63,744 nt of DNA, filler included, from Chrysochromulina tobinii (GCA_001275005.1; 7 parts of 7 records of this genome joined end to end with filler, not necessarily neighbours in it); one strand, 5' to 3'; shown: positions 40,821 to 52,956, counted from the whole stretch's first letter. The notes: generated from the sequence alone by a model not told the origin. A program made the numbers and translations.

Positions 40821-42739
40821 CGTCCACGGTTGACGACGACGACGACGACGAGGACGACGAGGAGGACTTTGATGATTTCCGGCGCTCCGTCAGAGGTCGA
40901 GGCAGCAGCATGGTAGGCACGGCACCCGCGCGTACGGCCTGGCGGCAGCAGGAGGCGCCGGACGACGACGAGGAGGAGGATAAGGAGGAGGACGAGGAGG
41001 GTGCTGAGGAGGCCGTCCGCCCCTCGCTGGCACCGGGACCGGCCCCGGCCCCAGTCCCCGTTCCTTCGGGTGGCGTACGCGAGGACGAGGAGGATGAGGA
41101 GACGGACGAGGACGGTGCTGAGGAGGAGAACGATACGGCCGCCGAGGCTGAACGAGCACAGGCTGCCGCCGAGGCGGATGTTGCCGCCGCCGAGGCTGCG
41201 GCCGCTGCTGCCTCCAACTCGGCTCGATTCGTCGCGCGGACGCCTGCCCCCCAACCAATCCGTGCCCGTGTCAACGTGAGGCTCCACAACTCCGTAGCTC
41301 CACCGCACGACGAGCGCGAGCGGCAGGTGCGGGCGAGCCGTGTGGCAATGCTCCTCGCCTCGCGCGGCGAACCGGTGCCCTCCTCGATGTTGCGAGCTGC
41401 GGCGGCGTCCTCTCAGCCGCAGCTCGCCGCGAGTGCGCTGCCAGTCGAGGCGAGCAACGCACCTGCCGCCATCACGGGCGATCTGCACGACGCTGTTGTG
41501 GCGAAGCAAGAGCCGTTGCTCAAGGCGTTGGCTAACGTTCACGACGACGCCCCGGGGGAGCTGTGGCTCGTTCGCATGCCCGTCGCACCGTCGGACTTGC
41601 CTCAGCTCGTGCAAGAGCTCGCGACACTCCTCGACGCGTTGCCCATCGCCGTCACGTCCCATGGACTCATCGGCCTCATGTTTGTGGCGACGCCGTCAGC
41701 GCCTCCTGTCATTCTCGCCCTTTCGCGCGGCTCGCCGAAGACGATGCTGGCGGCCGTTCCACAGCTCGCGGCGCGTTGCGAGGTGGTGGCGCTCGCCTCT
41801 GGAGACGCGGACGAGCTCGCGCCATTCTATCAACTTCCGTCTTCGCACTCCACGCTTGTGCCGACGCTCATGCCGAGCCCCGATGCGGATCTCGACCTTG
41901 CCCAGGAGCTGCAAGCTCCGAAGCTCGCGCGCACGGTCCTCATCATCAAGGAGCACGCGCTCGGCCGCGCCTCGACCATCCTGTGGATGCTCTCCGCGGC
42001 CGGGCTGCACGCCAAAGGCGCACGCCTTGTGCATCTGGAGGCTCAGGTGGGTTCCGCTGCGCAATTGGGCCTCGACACGCCCCTCTCGCCGGGTGCTGTG
42101 CTCGCCGTGCTGCTCGAGGGGTACGATGTGTGCGAGCGGCTCCTCGCCCTGTGTGGCGCTACCGACAGCAAGCTGGCACGGACCCTCGAACCCACCAGCA
42201 TCCGAGCGCACTTTGGCATCGATCGCACGCAGAATGCCGTCTCCACGCCGCGCCACGACAAGGGCGCGCTGAGGTGCGTCGCCTACTTCTTCGGCGATCG
42301 TCTCGTCGATACCCCCTCCCGCGGCGAGCTCGTCGCGCTTGCGTTCCGCCTCGTCCGCGAGCCCATCCTGGTGGTCTGTGCGGGCGCCAGCGAGCAGAAT
42401 AGGGCAGTGGCATCTGTCTTGATGAGTTGCATGCAACGCGCCGGATTTGCGCTCCACGGCGCTGCGCGTGCTTCCGAAAACGTCCTTGACGCCATCGGCA
42501 TGGGTGGGCAGGCCACGCATGTGCCACGGTTCGCGTTCCTACTGAGTCGCGAGGGCGGAGCAGAGACCTTTGCCAACGCAGCCCTGCTGGAAGCGCAACG
42601 TGAGGGCGGTGATGGCATCCAGGCTAAAGTGCATAGATGCTCCGCGACTGTCGCGCGCGAGCTTCTGCTGGGGACTGTATCGACCAGCAGAGACGCTTAC
42701 AAGTACGTGCTGTTCGCGTTGAAGAACGATATTCTCTGA
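40821..42739 (+). CDS. Protein with an acidic N-terminal region and a nucleoside-diphosphate-kinase-like domain (possibly 5'-partial)
   Basis: RTVLIIKEHAL...VLAVLLEG.D....L.ALCG.TD...AR...P.SIRA.FG.D..QNAV is the NDK-fold signature, but the catalytic His is absent. Confidence 0.7.
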
Positions 42740-43595
42740 CAAGACCGGCATCAACCGCCGACGCGGGGCCATGCAATGAATCGTACTGTCTGCTCAGGTG
42801 CCACAGACAGCAGTCACGGACATCAGGTGCCACGGCTCGACTCTTGTATGAGCACGGGGGAGCCGCTCGGCAGGCCCGACTCGGCACCGAGACAGAGGTA
42901 ATGTCATGGACCGAATTCGCTGTGTTGCACGCTGAGCTGCGACCGGGTTACGGCACTGGCTACTGCATCTCAAGCTTCAACAATCGTCTACGCTGTAATG
43001 GCGTCTGAGGATGGTGCAATGCGGACGGATCAACCAACGCGCGGCCAAAAAGCATGTAATTCTGCTTTTATCTCCGGTCTTGAATGTGGGCAGGAATTAC
43101 ACGGAATAGTAGAGCGGAATACACGGAGCTCGAGAAACGGTCGAGAAGCGCGGGACCCAAACGTATAATTGTCGTATTTTAAGTGCGAGCCGTTAGCGAA
43201 TTTTACGTTACCCTACCGGGCGGTGAGGCCTTCGAGTGGCTGAGGCCGTGACACGTCTCGGAGCGCGCCGAGATGATAGCGGGGGCGCGTCGGCACCCCG
43301 AGTACACCCCGAGAGCACGCGCGTCGCGCCCGCAATTCGCATTTCCAGCTCCACGTGCCGGCACGCGACCCACGACGCCTTCTCACCACACGACGCGGCC
43401 GGAAGGTAGCGGAACGCACGGCCCACCGGCCCAGTAGCCGGTCCGAGCCCCAGCGCCCAGCCCCGCCCAGAGCCGAGAGCGTCGCCGACGAACGACATAT
43501 ACCGTCGTACCGGCCCCACAGCACATGCCCCTTAGAGATGATCGGCTAATGATCGGCGGCCTAAGTGCTTTACTAAGTGCTTGAGTCCTACCTAT

Positions 43596-46265
43596 CTACT
43601 GCGTATCTGGTTCTATTGTCTGCCCTTTTTCAGCTGCCGCTTGCTGTTGCTGCTGCTGGCCTCCATGGCTGCGGCCGGAAAGAGCTCCTCGGGCGTGCTC
43701 ACTGACAAGGCCCCGATCCAGAGAGCGACTCGAGAGAGAGCCACTCCCAGTGTCGACGCACTCGAGGCGAGGCACTGGCCCATCTTCCTCGGCATCGGCA
43801 CCGGCGCCGTCGTCCCGTAGCAGAGGTATGAGCGCTCGGGATAAATAGGGCCGCCATAGGCGAAAGCACTCTGCGGTGCCGCGTCCGCAACGGGGCGCAT
43901 GCGCAGCCACCGACGGGGAGCACGAGCGCAGCCACGGCAGGTAGGGGCCTCCAGAGAAGCGCACGATCAGTGCATTGGCTGCGTCGCGAGCAGGCGAGCG
44001 GACAACGTGCACCGCACGGAAGGGTTGGAGCTGGAACGGGATGCTGACACCATCTTGCCCGTACAGCCGCTGCCAGAAGCGGAGCTCATCATACGCGAAA
44101 GCTTCCCGCGCTAAGCCGCGTGCAAGCCACCAGGAAGGCAGCTTGAGGGCACGTTTGTCGAGTGCGAGCATCATTGGTGCCGTGAGGCCGGCCGCACCGT
44201 CCGGCAAGGCATACAGCCCCTCGGTACGGCGCTGGGTGCCCATGAGCTCGATGATCCGCGCTGGCACGTCCTCCATGCGCCATGCCCTCAGATCGACGAC
44301 CATCGTGCCGCTGTCAAAGGAGCACGACGACCGTGCGTGCTTGGTTGCGAAAAGCGGGTGATGATAGTTGTATACGTTCTCGAAAAGAACGGAGCAGTCC
44401 TCGATCACGGCGCACACCTTGGTGCCCAAGGCTACGGCGTGGAGCTCTGCGACATCGACCAAGACGAGTGCGTCGGCCGATAGCAGGAGCGTGCGAGGCA
44501 CGCCAGGGAGTGCATGGGACAACCACAGCGGCGCCATTCCGAAGGCATCCGCGCTCAAGCCGAGGGACTCGAGGCGGGCGGTGAGCTTGGCGAGGCGTTC
44601 TGCGGGCGGTGCCACGACCGACAAGCTGATCCCCAAGTTGTCGAAGACAGCCTGAAGCTTATGAGAGAGTGCAGAGCGCATCTCGGGCCGCGTGACCACA
44701 TGGAAGCGCAGCTTGGCCCGAGTGGTGGCGCTCGCGTGCTCGACTGTCGAGTTGATCAGAGCAGCGAGGCCATACGGCGGCGCGTTGTCGCCATAGACGA
44801 CTGTCACGTGCACGGCGTCGCCAGCTGCCACGGTGGCATCCGCCTCAAGGGGCGGTGTTCCGACACCGATTGTGTCCATCTCGTCGTGGACTGCAACGAC
44901 TGCGGCCGCCGCCGCAACCGATGCGGCATGCTGCGCCTCCGCCATCGTCTGTGCATGCCAGTCAAGAGTGAGCACAGCGTGGCGCGCATAGCCCGCCCAC
45001 AGGTCGGCACATGGCAATACCGCGCCAGCGGCTACACCCACGGCGTCGTTGGCTACAGCCGGCACGCAGAGTACGCCGGCTAGGCGAGCATTGCGGAGCC
45101 ACGGCTTCCAGGGCCCACTGAAATGGATGGCACGGGCCGCGACCACGCCGCCAATCTCGCGGCTACTGCTGCTGTTACGGTGCCCGCTGCTCTCGCCATC
45201 GTCATCGACGCCAAGCACGACAAGGCGTTTGCCAGCTGCGGCCGTCGCTGCTGCAGAGGCCGAGTGAGGCGTGCGCATGCTGCGGAGAAGGAAGCGTCCG
45301 TGCTCCTCCTCTGCAGATTGCGCCACCCGCCGCTCACTGAGCTCACCGATCGCCCACACGGGAGGAAGGCGTGCATACACCGGCAGCAGCGCGAGCAGCA
45401 ACGCGGCGTGTGCGTCGTCGTGCGCAAAGAGTGGCTCGGCGCGCAGGTTGAGCGCTTGCCAGTACTCGACGCGGGCCGACATGTCGAGAAAGGCCCACTG
45501 AGCGATGTCAATCACAAGAACGCCCGGGTCGAAGCCGCATGCGCCCGGCGGCAGCACGCCGCCCACGAGCGGATGCGAGGCGTTGATGCGCTGGATGAGC
45601 GACGGCCGGCGGCAGTCCTCGACGGCGGCCGCGGGCGCACCCTGCAGCGGCGTGTCGAGGATGTCGCCCACGTCGGCCAGCACAAGTACATCCGTGTGAA
45701 GCCAGAGCACGCGGCGCACGTGACTGGGCATGAGCGACGGTAGGTAGGCATGCGCGTAGCGGTATGGCGAGACGAGTACCGCCTCGCGCTCGTGCCGTCT
45801 GAGGTGCCGAACGATCTTGGCACGCACACCGCCGACCTCGAGCGTGTACAAGCGGAACGACGCGCTAGGGAAGAGCGCCTCGAGTACCAGCCGTAGCCGT
45901 TTCCGGGTTGCAGGCGGAACGATCACGTGGAATCGCAACGCCTCTCGCGACGTCGCGCTGGCGTGACGTATCGTCGAGTTGGCAAGCGCGATGAGACCAT
46001 ACGGCTCCGGCTCATCTGTGGCAACGCACACGTGCAGGAGTTGCTGCTGCAGGAGTTGCTGTGGTTCCTGCTTCGATGCGGACTGTTGCTTCGGTGGCGA
46101 CAGCTCTCGGAAGGAGAGTGCACAGAGGACGAGGAGGTAGGAGGTTGTACCAAGCACGCATGCGCCGAGGAGGCCGCGGCGGTTGAGCCTGCGTACAGAT
46201 GGCGGCGGCGGCGAGGGCGAGGGCGGCGGCGGCGAGATCGTGCCCGACAACGACCCACGCGCCAT
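43596..46265 (-). CDS. Type II membrane protein with two tandem GT8 (GAUT/GATL-like) glycosyltransferase domains
   Basis: A TM anchor, then twice: H..V..D...ALxNST..H, LRFHV, AxVEDC/VIEDC, FDxG..V.D...W, HFSG..KPW / RFSG..LPW. Start placed at MARGSLS; the ORF is open to 46391. Confidence 0.8.
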   Translation of the reverse strand: MARGSLSGTISPPPPSPSPPPPSVRRLNRRGLLGACVLGTTSYLLVLCALSFRELSPPKQQSASKQEPQQLLQQQLLHVCVATDEPEPYGLIALANSTIRHASATSREALRFHVIVPPATRKRLRLVLEALFPSASFRLYTLEVGGVRAKIVRHLRRHEREAVLVSPYRYAHAYLPSLMPSHVRRVLWLHTDVLVLADVGDILDTPLQGAPAAAVEDCRRPSLIQRINASHPLVGGVLPPGACGFDPGVLVIDIAQWAFLDMSARVEYWQALNLRAEPLFAHDDAHAALLLALLPVYARLPPVWAIGELSERRVAQSAEEEHGRFLLRSMRTPHSASAAATAAAGKRLVVLGVDDDGESSGHRNSSSSREIGGVVAARAIHFSGPWKPWLRNARLAGVLCVPAVANDAVGVAAGAVLPCADLWAGYARHAVLTLDWHAQTMAEAQHAASVAAAAAVVAVHDEMDTIGVGTPPLEADATVAAGDAVHVTVVYGDNAPPYGLAALINSTVEHASATTRAKLRFHVVTRPEMRSALSHKLQAVFDNLGISLSVVAPPAERLAKLTARLESLGLSADAFGMAPLWLSHALPGVPRTLLLSADALVLVDVAELHAVALGTKVCAVIEDCSVLFENVYNYHHPLFATKHARSSCSFDSGTMVVDLRAWRMEDVPARIIELMGTQRRTEGLYALPDGAAGLTAPMMLALDKRALKLPSWWLARGLAREAFAYDELRFWQRLYGQDGVSIPFQLQPFRAVHVVRSPARDAANALIVRFSGGPYLPWLRSCSPSVAAHAPRCGRGTAECFRLWRPYLSRALIPLLRDDGAGADAEEDGPVPRLECVDTGSGSLSSRSLDRGLVSEHARGALSGRSHGGQQQQQQAAAEKGQTIEPDTQ

Positions 46266-46526
46266 CGCCCTGCGTACATGTATCCCAAAACCTGCCCCAT
46301 CGACGGCGCCAGTCCAGTCCAATATACGCAATTTACATGGCGGCGGCGGCGCAACACAGCCCAGGCCGACCCCCTCTGGCATGCGCGGCACTCAGCGCCG
46401 TGGACAAAGTCGAACCTTCTTTTACGCCGATGCTGCCAGCATGAGTTTTTTTCCTTTTTTGAGCTTCCCTGAGCTTCAAATTAGATGTTCGATGCATGCT
46501 CCTGGCCAAGTCAGTATACTTGATTG

Positions 46527-46600
46527 GTTCAAGTTCAAGTTCAAGTTCAGTACATGTACTTGAACTTGTTCAAGTTCAGTACATGTACTTGAACTTGAAC
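46527..46600. repeat. Duplicated palindrome GTTCAAGTTC-AGTACATGTACT-TGAACTTG(AAC)
   Basis: Two copies of the 12-bp palindrome AGTACATGTACT, flanked by inverted GTTCAA repeats. Confidence 0.85.
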
Positions 46601-47016
46601 GCTAATAGCTACTTCCAGAAATTGAGAAGTCTATCGGGGACCGCGATCAACCGCGAACCGGGCGCTCGCGTCGGCGCACGGCGGACGCACCCACCACCCA
46701 GTCGTTATCGTTATCCGAAACGCTAGATCAAACGCCGGTTCACGCATAAGATCTTTCCCACATTCCCAGACCGCGGCACGCACAGTCGCACGCATGGCAG
46801 AATTCTTGTATACTAGATCTCCGCGATACTCGCTCACGATCAACAGTGCGGCACAGTACGGTACACCGTACCAAACAGCGTGTACACGGACCCCCCGGAA
46901 TCAAAGTGAATGGGCCCATCACACATCATTGATCCAAGTACGGTGGGGGGCCGTCGCGGCGCAGCGTGGCAGGTTCAGCGCGCAGCGTGCTGCGTCCAGG
47001 CAGGCAGTTAGCATGG

Positions 47017-47021
<5 letters not shown>

Positions 47022-47052
<31 letters not shown>

Positions 47053-47118
47053 ATCTCTCTCCGTCTCTCTCCATCTCTTTCCATCTCTCTCTCTCTCTAT
47101 CCATCTCTCTCTCTCTCC
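47022..47118 (+). repeat. (CT)n microsatellite
   Basis: Seen directly. Confidence 0.9.
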
Positions 47119-47252
47119 CGTCCAAACGTGCCAGAGACGTGCTTGCTCGCCTTAGTTGCGGACGAAGGCGCACCGCCGCTTCCTCCCGTAGCCGCCAGGC
47201 ATCGAGAGGGCTCAACCAGGTAGTCTCACTCGCGCACGTACCCGACACCGGC

Positions 47253-48472
47253 TCAGCTCAACTGGAGCTCGTCAAACAGGCGGCGCGCGCGCTGCTTGGC
47301 ATCGTACATGCACAGGGTCTCGAGCAGGTCGCGGCACTGCCAGCGGCTCAGCTTAAACTTGAAGCGCTGGCGCTCCGTATACTCGAGGATGTGACGAAAC
47401 TCGGCCTCTGGCACCGCGGCGAACTCCTCGACTATATTGAAGGTGCACTGCGCCGGGAAAGGCGAGCCGTCTGCGTCGGATGCGTCGATCTCGCCATCGG
47501 CCCCGTTCAACTTGGGCTGCGGCGCGGAGGTGCGCCACGCGGTGAGCGAGAGGTTCTCCTGCCCATCGCTCGTGGCGAGGTAGACGCCATGCAGCTGCCG
47601 GTCAGAGAAGTTGAAGAGGAAGATAAGCGTGTACCCGCCCACGATCGACTTGACCAGGGGCAGGTACTTGCGCGGCAGCCCAACCATCGAGAGAGCGAAG
47701 CACTCGTCGAAGGTTGACGAGGTGCAGCCAAAGATGATGCCGCTTGCGGCCTGCGGCGCGCCTGCCTCGTCCAACACCTCCGACAGCGCACCGCCGCCTG
47801 GCACGAGCCGCATCGAGCCAGGCACGCCGCCCATAACGACGCCGCCCATTGCGTCGTCAGCGCGCGCGCCCTCATCACCATCCTCGACGCCCGACCCCAT
47901 GCGGCCCGTGACCACTGCGCTTGGCGGTCGCAGGATCATACCACTTGGCGCCGCCATGTCGGCAGACAGCATCGCGGGTGCAGGCGAGGCCGCTCCAAGG
48001 CCGCCCGCTCCAAGGCTATCGGCCTCGCGGGACGGCTTGAGGTGCGCACTGGCGCCGCAGCGGCCAGACGGCAGCGAGCTTGCCGACGGTTGATGCATCG
48101 TCTGAGGCTGCTTGTGTTGCTGATGCTTCTGCTGCGACGAGCTGTGCTGCTGTCGTCGGCAAGACTCGTCACGCCGACCCGAGTCTGCAGCGGATGGTGG
48201 CGCGGGCACTCCGGCGGTGACCGAGGGCAGCGTCGCATGCGGGTGCGTTTGCCCACCCGATGGGCTCGCTTCGCCGTCGGTAAGCTCATACCCGTTCGGG
48301 CCAACCTGGTACTGGTGTTGGTACATGAGCGACGCGTGCTGGTGCTGCAGCCGACTGAGATGGTCGTGCTGTTGCTGGAGCAGGAGCTGGTGGTGGTGCA
48401 TCTGCATCTGATGGTGCATCTGCAGGTTGTGCATGTGCATCTGCTGCATGTGTATGTCCTCCTCCGCGGTGC

Positions 48473-48538
<66 letters not shown>

Positions 48539-48890
48539 CTTGCTGCGCTTGTTGCGCTTGTTGCGCTTGCGCTTGTTGCGCTTGTTGCGCTTGTTGCGCT
48601 TGCTGTTGTTGTTGCTGCTGCTGTTGTTGCTGTTGTTGCGCTTGCTGCTGCATCGCCGCCCCTTGCTGAGCAGCCATTAGCGGTGGGTAGAAGAATGACT
48701 GGCCGCCGTGCTGCTGCGGTTGCGGCAGCGATAGCTGCTGCTGCTCCTCGAACTCCGACAACGGCATGCCAGCACTCAGAGGCATACCGCCATCACTCAG
48801 GGGAGTACCGCCATCTATGCCGTCATCGCCCCCATCGCCACTCCGATTAAAGTACACGCCGCCCGGCCGCGGCGCGTAGTCGCGGCTCAT
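47253..48890 (-). CDS. DCD (development and cell death) domain protein with a poly-Q/H N-terminus
   Basis: GIIFGCT..TFDEC....GLP....V..I..G...FLFNFSDRQLHGVY.A.SDG..N....AW....SPFPAQ. Confidence 0.9.
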
Positions 48891-49156
48891 GCCGTCTCTT
48901 GGGAAAAGCTTTTGCGCCCCGAACCTGTGACAGCTTGTGACAGCTTGCCTCCAGAAACCCGATCACGTCACGAAACTTGACAAAAATAAACATTACATGT
49001 AAGAAATCTGCACAGGCCTCCAACTTCACAAAACGGGGGACTTCCCTGACGCACGTGCTGTGAATCCCACCAACGACCTCCCCTCGCGCGTCGTCGGTCG
49101 CGGGCCCCCGTCACACGTGAACATCGACGAACCATTTCAGCCTCGCACGCTTGATC

Positions 49157-50418
49157 ATGGACGCGAACGCCCTCGATCTCGCTTCGGACGTCTCTTCGGA
49201 AGATGATGGCATTCGCATCGTGCTCCACTATCCTGATGAGCTTGACGAGGGCGAAGAGGGCATGCTGTACGCGGAGGACAGCAGCGCTGCAATGGCTGAC
49301 GGTGCCGCGGCCGGCGAGGGAATGGCCGGCACCCAGCCTCCCACTCTTGGCCCATCGGCGTCCGTCTGCTCTGCCAGCAGCGCGGGCACGACACCAGCCT
49401 CGAACGCCGCCAAGGCGAGCCGGCACAAGGTGTATGTCAACCCACGTCTGCAGGCGCTCGCCAGCGCAGGCGCTGGCACTGGCGGGTCACCAGGTGCAAT
49501 TAGCATGACGCCACCGGCGCCGCACAAGCAGCCCGCCATCACCGCGGCACAGCGTGCCAAGCTCGGCCCGCTCGTGCACGTGCCTGGCGGGCTGCAGATG
49601 AGCCTCGAGGGGCCGATGCCGGAGAATATCGACATCGATCAGCTAGCCGAGAAGCCGTGGCACAAACCCGACGTCGACCCGACTGACTACTTCAACTATG
49701 GGTTCACAGAGGACACGTGGCGCCTCTATTGCAAGCGGCAGCAGGAGATCCGCGCGGAGGTGCGCACGCTCAGCCAGATGCAGGTGCCCACCTTTAACGG
49801 CGCGAGCACGGGCATGTTTATGGGCGCACCAGGCGGCATGATGGGCGGCGGCATGGGCGCTGGCATGATGGGCGGCGGCATGGCAAATGGCATGGGCGCG
49901 TGCGCCGGCTTTGGCAGCGCATGCGCAGGCGCCGCAGCGATTGGCCGTGGAGGCCCCACGCAAATGGGATTCGTCCCTGGCGGCCCGATGGGCGGTGGGG
50001 TAAGTTTGCCGATGCCGGGCATGGGCGGCCGCGCCCAACTGCCGGGCATGGGCTGCAACAGCGGCATGGGCAATCACGTTGGCATGGGTGGCAGCAGCAT
50101 GGGTGGCAACGGCATGGGTGGCAACGGCATGGGTGGCAACGGCATGGGTGGCAACGGCATGGGTGGCAACGGAATGGGTGGCAACGGCATGGGTGGCAAC
50201 AGCATGGGTGGCAACAGCATGGGCGGCAACGGCGTGCTGTGGCCAGGAGGAGGCATAATGCCAGGCGGCCAAATGGGCCCGAGAGGCCCCATGGGAGGTG
50301 GCATGATACCGGGAGGTGGCGCGTGGGGTGGCGGCCCCGGCGGCGGCTGGGGAGGGGTCGTTGGGCAGCCGATGGGCGGTGGCGGCATGCTTACCATGGG
50401 TGGCTCAGTCGGAGCGAT

Positions 50419-50494
<76 letters not shown>

Positions 50495-50614
50495 GTGGGC
50501 GGCGGTGGCTCGATGTCGGACGAGTTGCGACAAGGCATGGAGCGGCTCCGTCAGAGGCAGCTGGCCACTGCGGGCGGAGGCGGCATGGCGGACAGCGTGC
50601 AGGACGCGTGGTGA
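49157..50614 (+). CDS. FIP1: Pre-mRNA polyadenylation factor Fip1
   Basis: DIDQLAEKPWHKPDVDPTDYFNYGFTEDTWRLYC is the Fip1 motif. C-terminal MGGNG repeats and poly-Q. Confidence 0.92.
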
Positions 50615-51006
50615 AATTGACAGATCCAGCCAGGGAGCGTGCCTGAGCTGGGGAGTCTGGGACCACTGCACAGCTTCTAGCTACAGCCTGCTCGGAGGGT
50701 CGGTGAGACTCTGAGAGCGACAGTGTCCCGCCTGCCAGACGAGAGAGACCACACGCCCCCCTGCACGGTTTCGGGATTTGTATGATCGTATCGCGCGTTG
50801 GAAGGTTACTTTCGTTTGCCGGGTAACGATTAACGAAGAAGATACGGATTACGGTATAATCCCCGATATAAATCCGATATAAGGTCGAGGTCGGACCGGG
50901 CCGGATCGAATCTGACGAGAAAGTCCAGGAAAAGCAGTGTCGTTTCCAAGAAAACACCCCCCCCCTCTTGACCTCATCGACCGACCTCCGAGGTCAACAT
51001 CAAAGT

Positions 51007-51036
51007 TTAGGGTTAGGGTTAGGGTTAGGGTTAGGG
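51007..51036 (+). repeat. Interstitial telomeric repeat (TTAGGG)5
   Basis: Five perfect units, internal to the contig. Confidence 0.92.
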
Positions 51037-51337
51037 TTTTAGCGTGAGAGTCGATGTGTCACACTGGAGTGTCTGACACTGAAGATGCGCGGAAAGTTTC
51101 GTCGAAGTTTCGTCACTGACCTCACTAAGTTTCGTCATCTCTTTATTAGGCAACCAGTGGGTTTCGTCAGTCAGTCTACCGGTACCAAACCTCCGTACGA
51201 TATAATCATAGTTCATACAAATCTCTAAAGGTCTAATCTGATACATTCTGTCATCTCATTCCTATTTATTCCCTATCGTAAATCTGGGTCAACTGCTGTC
51301 GTGTGTCGATTCAAGATCAACCGCGAACGCGCTCAAA

Positions 51338-51666
51338 TTAAGTCAAGTCAAATCCTATATAAACAACAGATACAACCTAGAACCGCGCAAGGGGAACCGC
51401 GAACCGGGAACTCCCGGCGAGGCGCGAGGGCCTATGCTTGGACGATCGTAGATCGGTGATCGCGTTGATATCCGCTCGGCGAATGTGTGCTCTGGTATCG
51501 AGGCTCCTTCTCTAGCAGTCGGCGCGGGTGAAGAGTCGACGTAGAGGATGAGACACAACAGAAGGAACACGATAGGACAACACGAGCGGGATGAAGGAGA
51601 CCAAGAGGAGACACGCCACAGAGAGCTAGCCTAGCCTAGCCTTGACTAGGACTTGACTTGACTTGA
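51338..51666. mobile_element. Candidate MITE with 20-bp terminal inverted repeats
   Basis: TTAAGTCAAGTCAAATCCTA (51338-51357) versus the reverse complement of 51647-51666 (TCAAGTCAAGTCAAGTCCTA): 18/20 identical. Non-coding interior; no TSD seen. Confidence 0.4.
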
Positions 51667-51861
51667 CTGCTTGGACTCATTACCTCACAAAGAACTTTTT
51701 ACAAACTAAGTCAAAGACCGAGCGTGTTACATCCTTACATGTTCATGTAGTTTTAAACGAGTCATCCCTTATCTGGCGTGCCACCTCGCCACGCCACCCA
51801 CCCTTCACAGAACGCTTGAGACTGCAAGGCGTCGTTTGTCCAACGTATTGATGTGTTGTGA

Positions 51862-52956
51862 ATGTTGGTGCTTGGTCTTACTAATTTAGGTGTCGTGAGT
51901 GTGAATAAAATGCCGGTCAATCATTCCAACGTTCACGATGCCGAGGACCACGTTGCGGAGGACGATTGGGTGCTCGAGCAGGAGCCTAAAACTTTTGAAT
52001 GGGATGCCGACGACGGCGACGATAGCGATGATCACGAGGAATCCGCCATGCCGAAAGCAGCTGGCCCAGTATCCACTGTGGAGCTAGACCCGGAGCCCAG
52101 GCAGGCGCCCGCGCCTGTGCTGGAGCGGGGACTGGAGCCCACGGACGCCGTGGATTCGTTCGAGCACACTGCGGCCCCTAAATCTCTCGAAGAGGTTTCG
52201 GAGCGTCCAGAGGAGCAGCGAGACGATGAAACCGTCCGTAGCTGGCACCTTGGGAAGGCACCCACTGCAGAGGCGCCGCCGCCGACAGTACTAGTAGCCG
52301 CAGAAGGTGCGATGGACTCAGCCTCCGAGATGAGCTCTGCCAGCTTTGCGTGCTCCGACGCACATACCGGCGGTGCGGTGGTATTTGACGAAGCGTTCAG
52401 CGAGTCCTCGCTGCCGATGATGGCAGCGGAGGTGGCAGAGGAGGCGGCTGCAGAGGACGACACGTTCAGCGAGGCCTCGTTTTACGCGGTGGCAGCGGGA
52501 CCGACTGCGGAGCCTACGGCAGAGGCGCTCGAAGCGCACGAAGAAGAGGACGGGGCGCTGAGCGACGCCTCTTTCTACGTTCTTCCTGGTCAGGCGGACC
52601 CGTTCGAGGCCGAGCCCACGCCCGTACCGACAGGGGATAACCTTGTTAAGCGGGTGGTGCTGCCGCCGCGCCTTGCCCCATCCAAGCTTCCGAGCAGCGG
52701 GGCCCGTCCCAACGAGCTGGCCAATCTGTCGAAGCTACGCGCCAGCCTCCGAAACCTTGGCCCCATCGGCGAGGAGCTGTGCGCGCTTGCAGAGGAGCTG
52801 GCGGTGGTGTCGAAGCGAACGCTCAAGCACACGCCGCTCGCAGAGCGTCATGTTGTCAGTGAGTTCGAGTGGTGGCAAACCCTCCTCGAGGGCCTCGATG
52901 TCCAGGCTGATGCCGGTGCCGGCAAACCCCGTCGATCGCACGAACCCGGACGATGA
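51862..52956 (+). CDS. Hypothetical acidic protein
   Basis: 364-aa ORF, Glu/Asp/Ala-rich, with internal (F/L)S(E/D)AS(F) repeats. The start may be 51910. Confidence 0.55.
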   Translation: MLVLGLTNLGVVSVNKMPVNHSNVHDAEDHVAEDDWVLEQEPKTFEWDADDGDDSDDHEESAMPKAAGPVSTVELDPEPRQAPAPVLERGLEPTDAVDSFEHTAAPKSLEEVSERPEEQRDDETVRSWHLGKAPTAEAPPPTVLVAAEGAMDSASEMSSASFACSDAHTGGAVVFDEAFSESSLPMMAAEVAEEAAAEDDTFSEASFYAVAAGPTAEPTAEALEAHEEEDGALSDASFYVLPGQADPFEAEPTPVPTGDNLVKRVVLPPRLAPSKLPSSGARPNELANLSKLRASLRNLGPIGEELCALAEELAVVSKRTLKHTPLAERHVVSEFEWWQTLLEGLDVQADAGAGKPRRSHEPGR

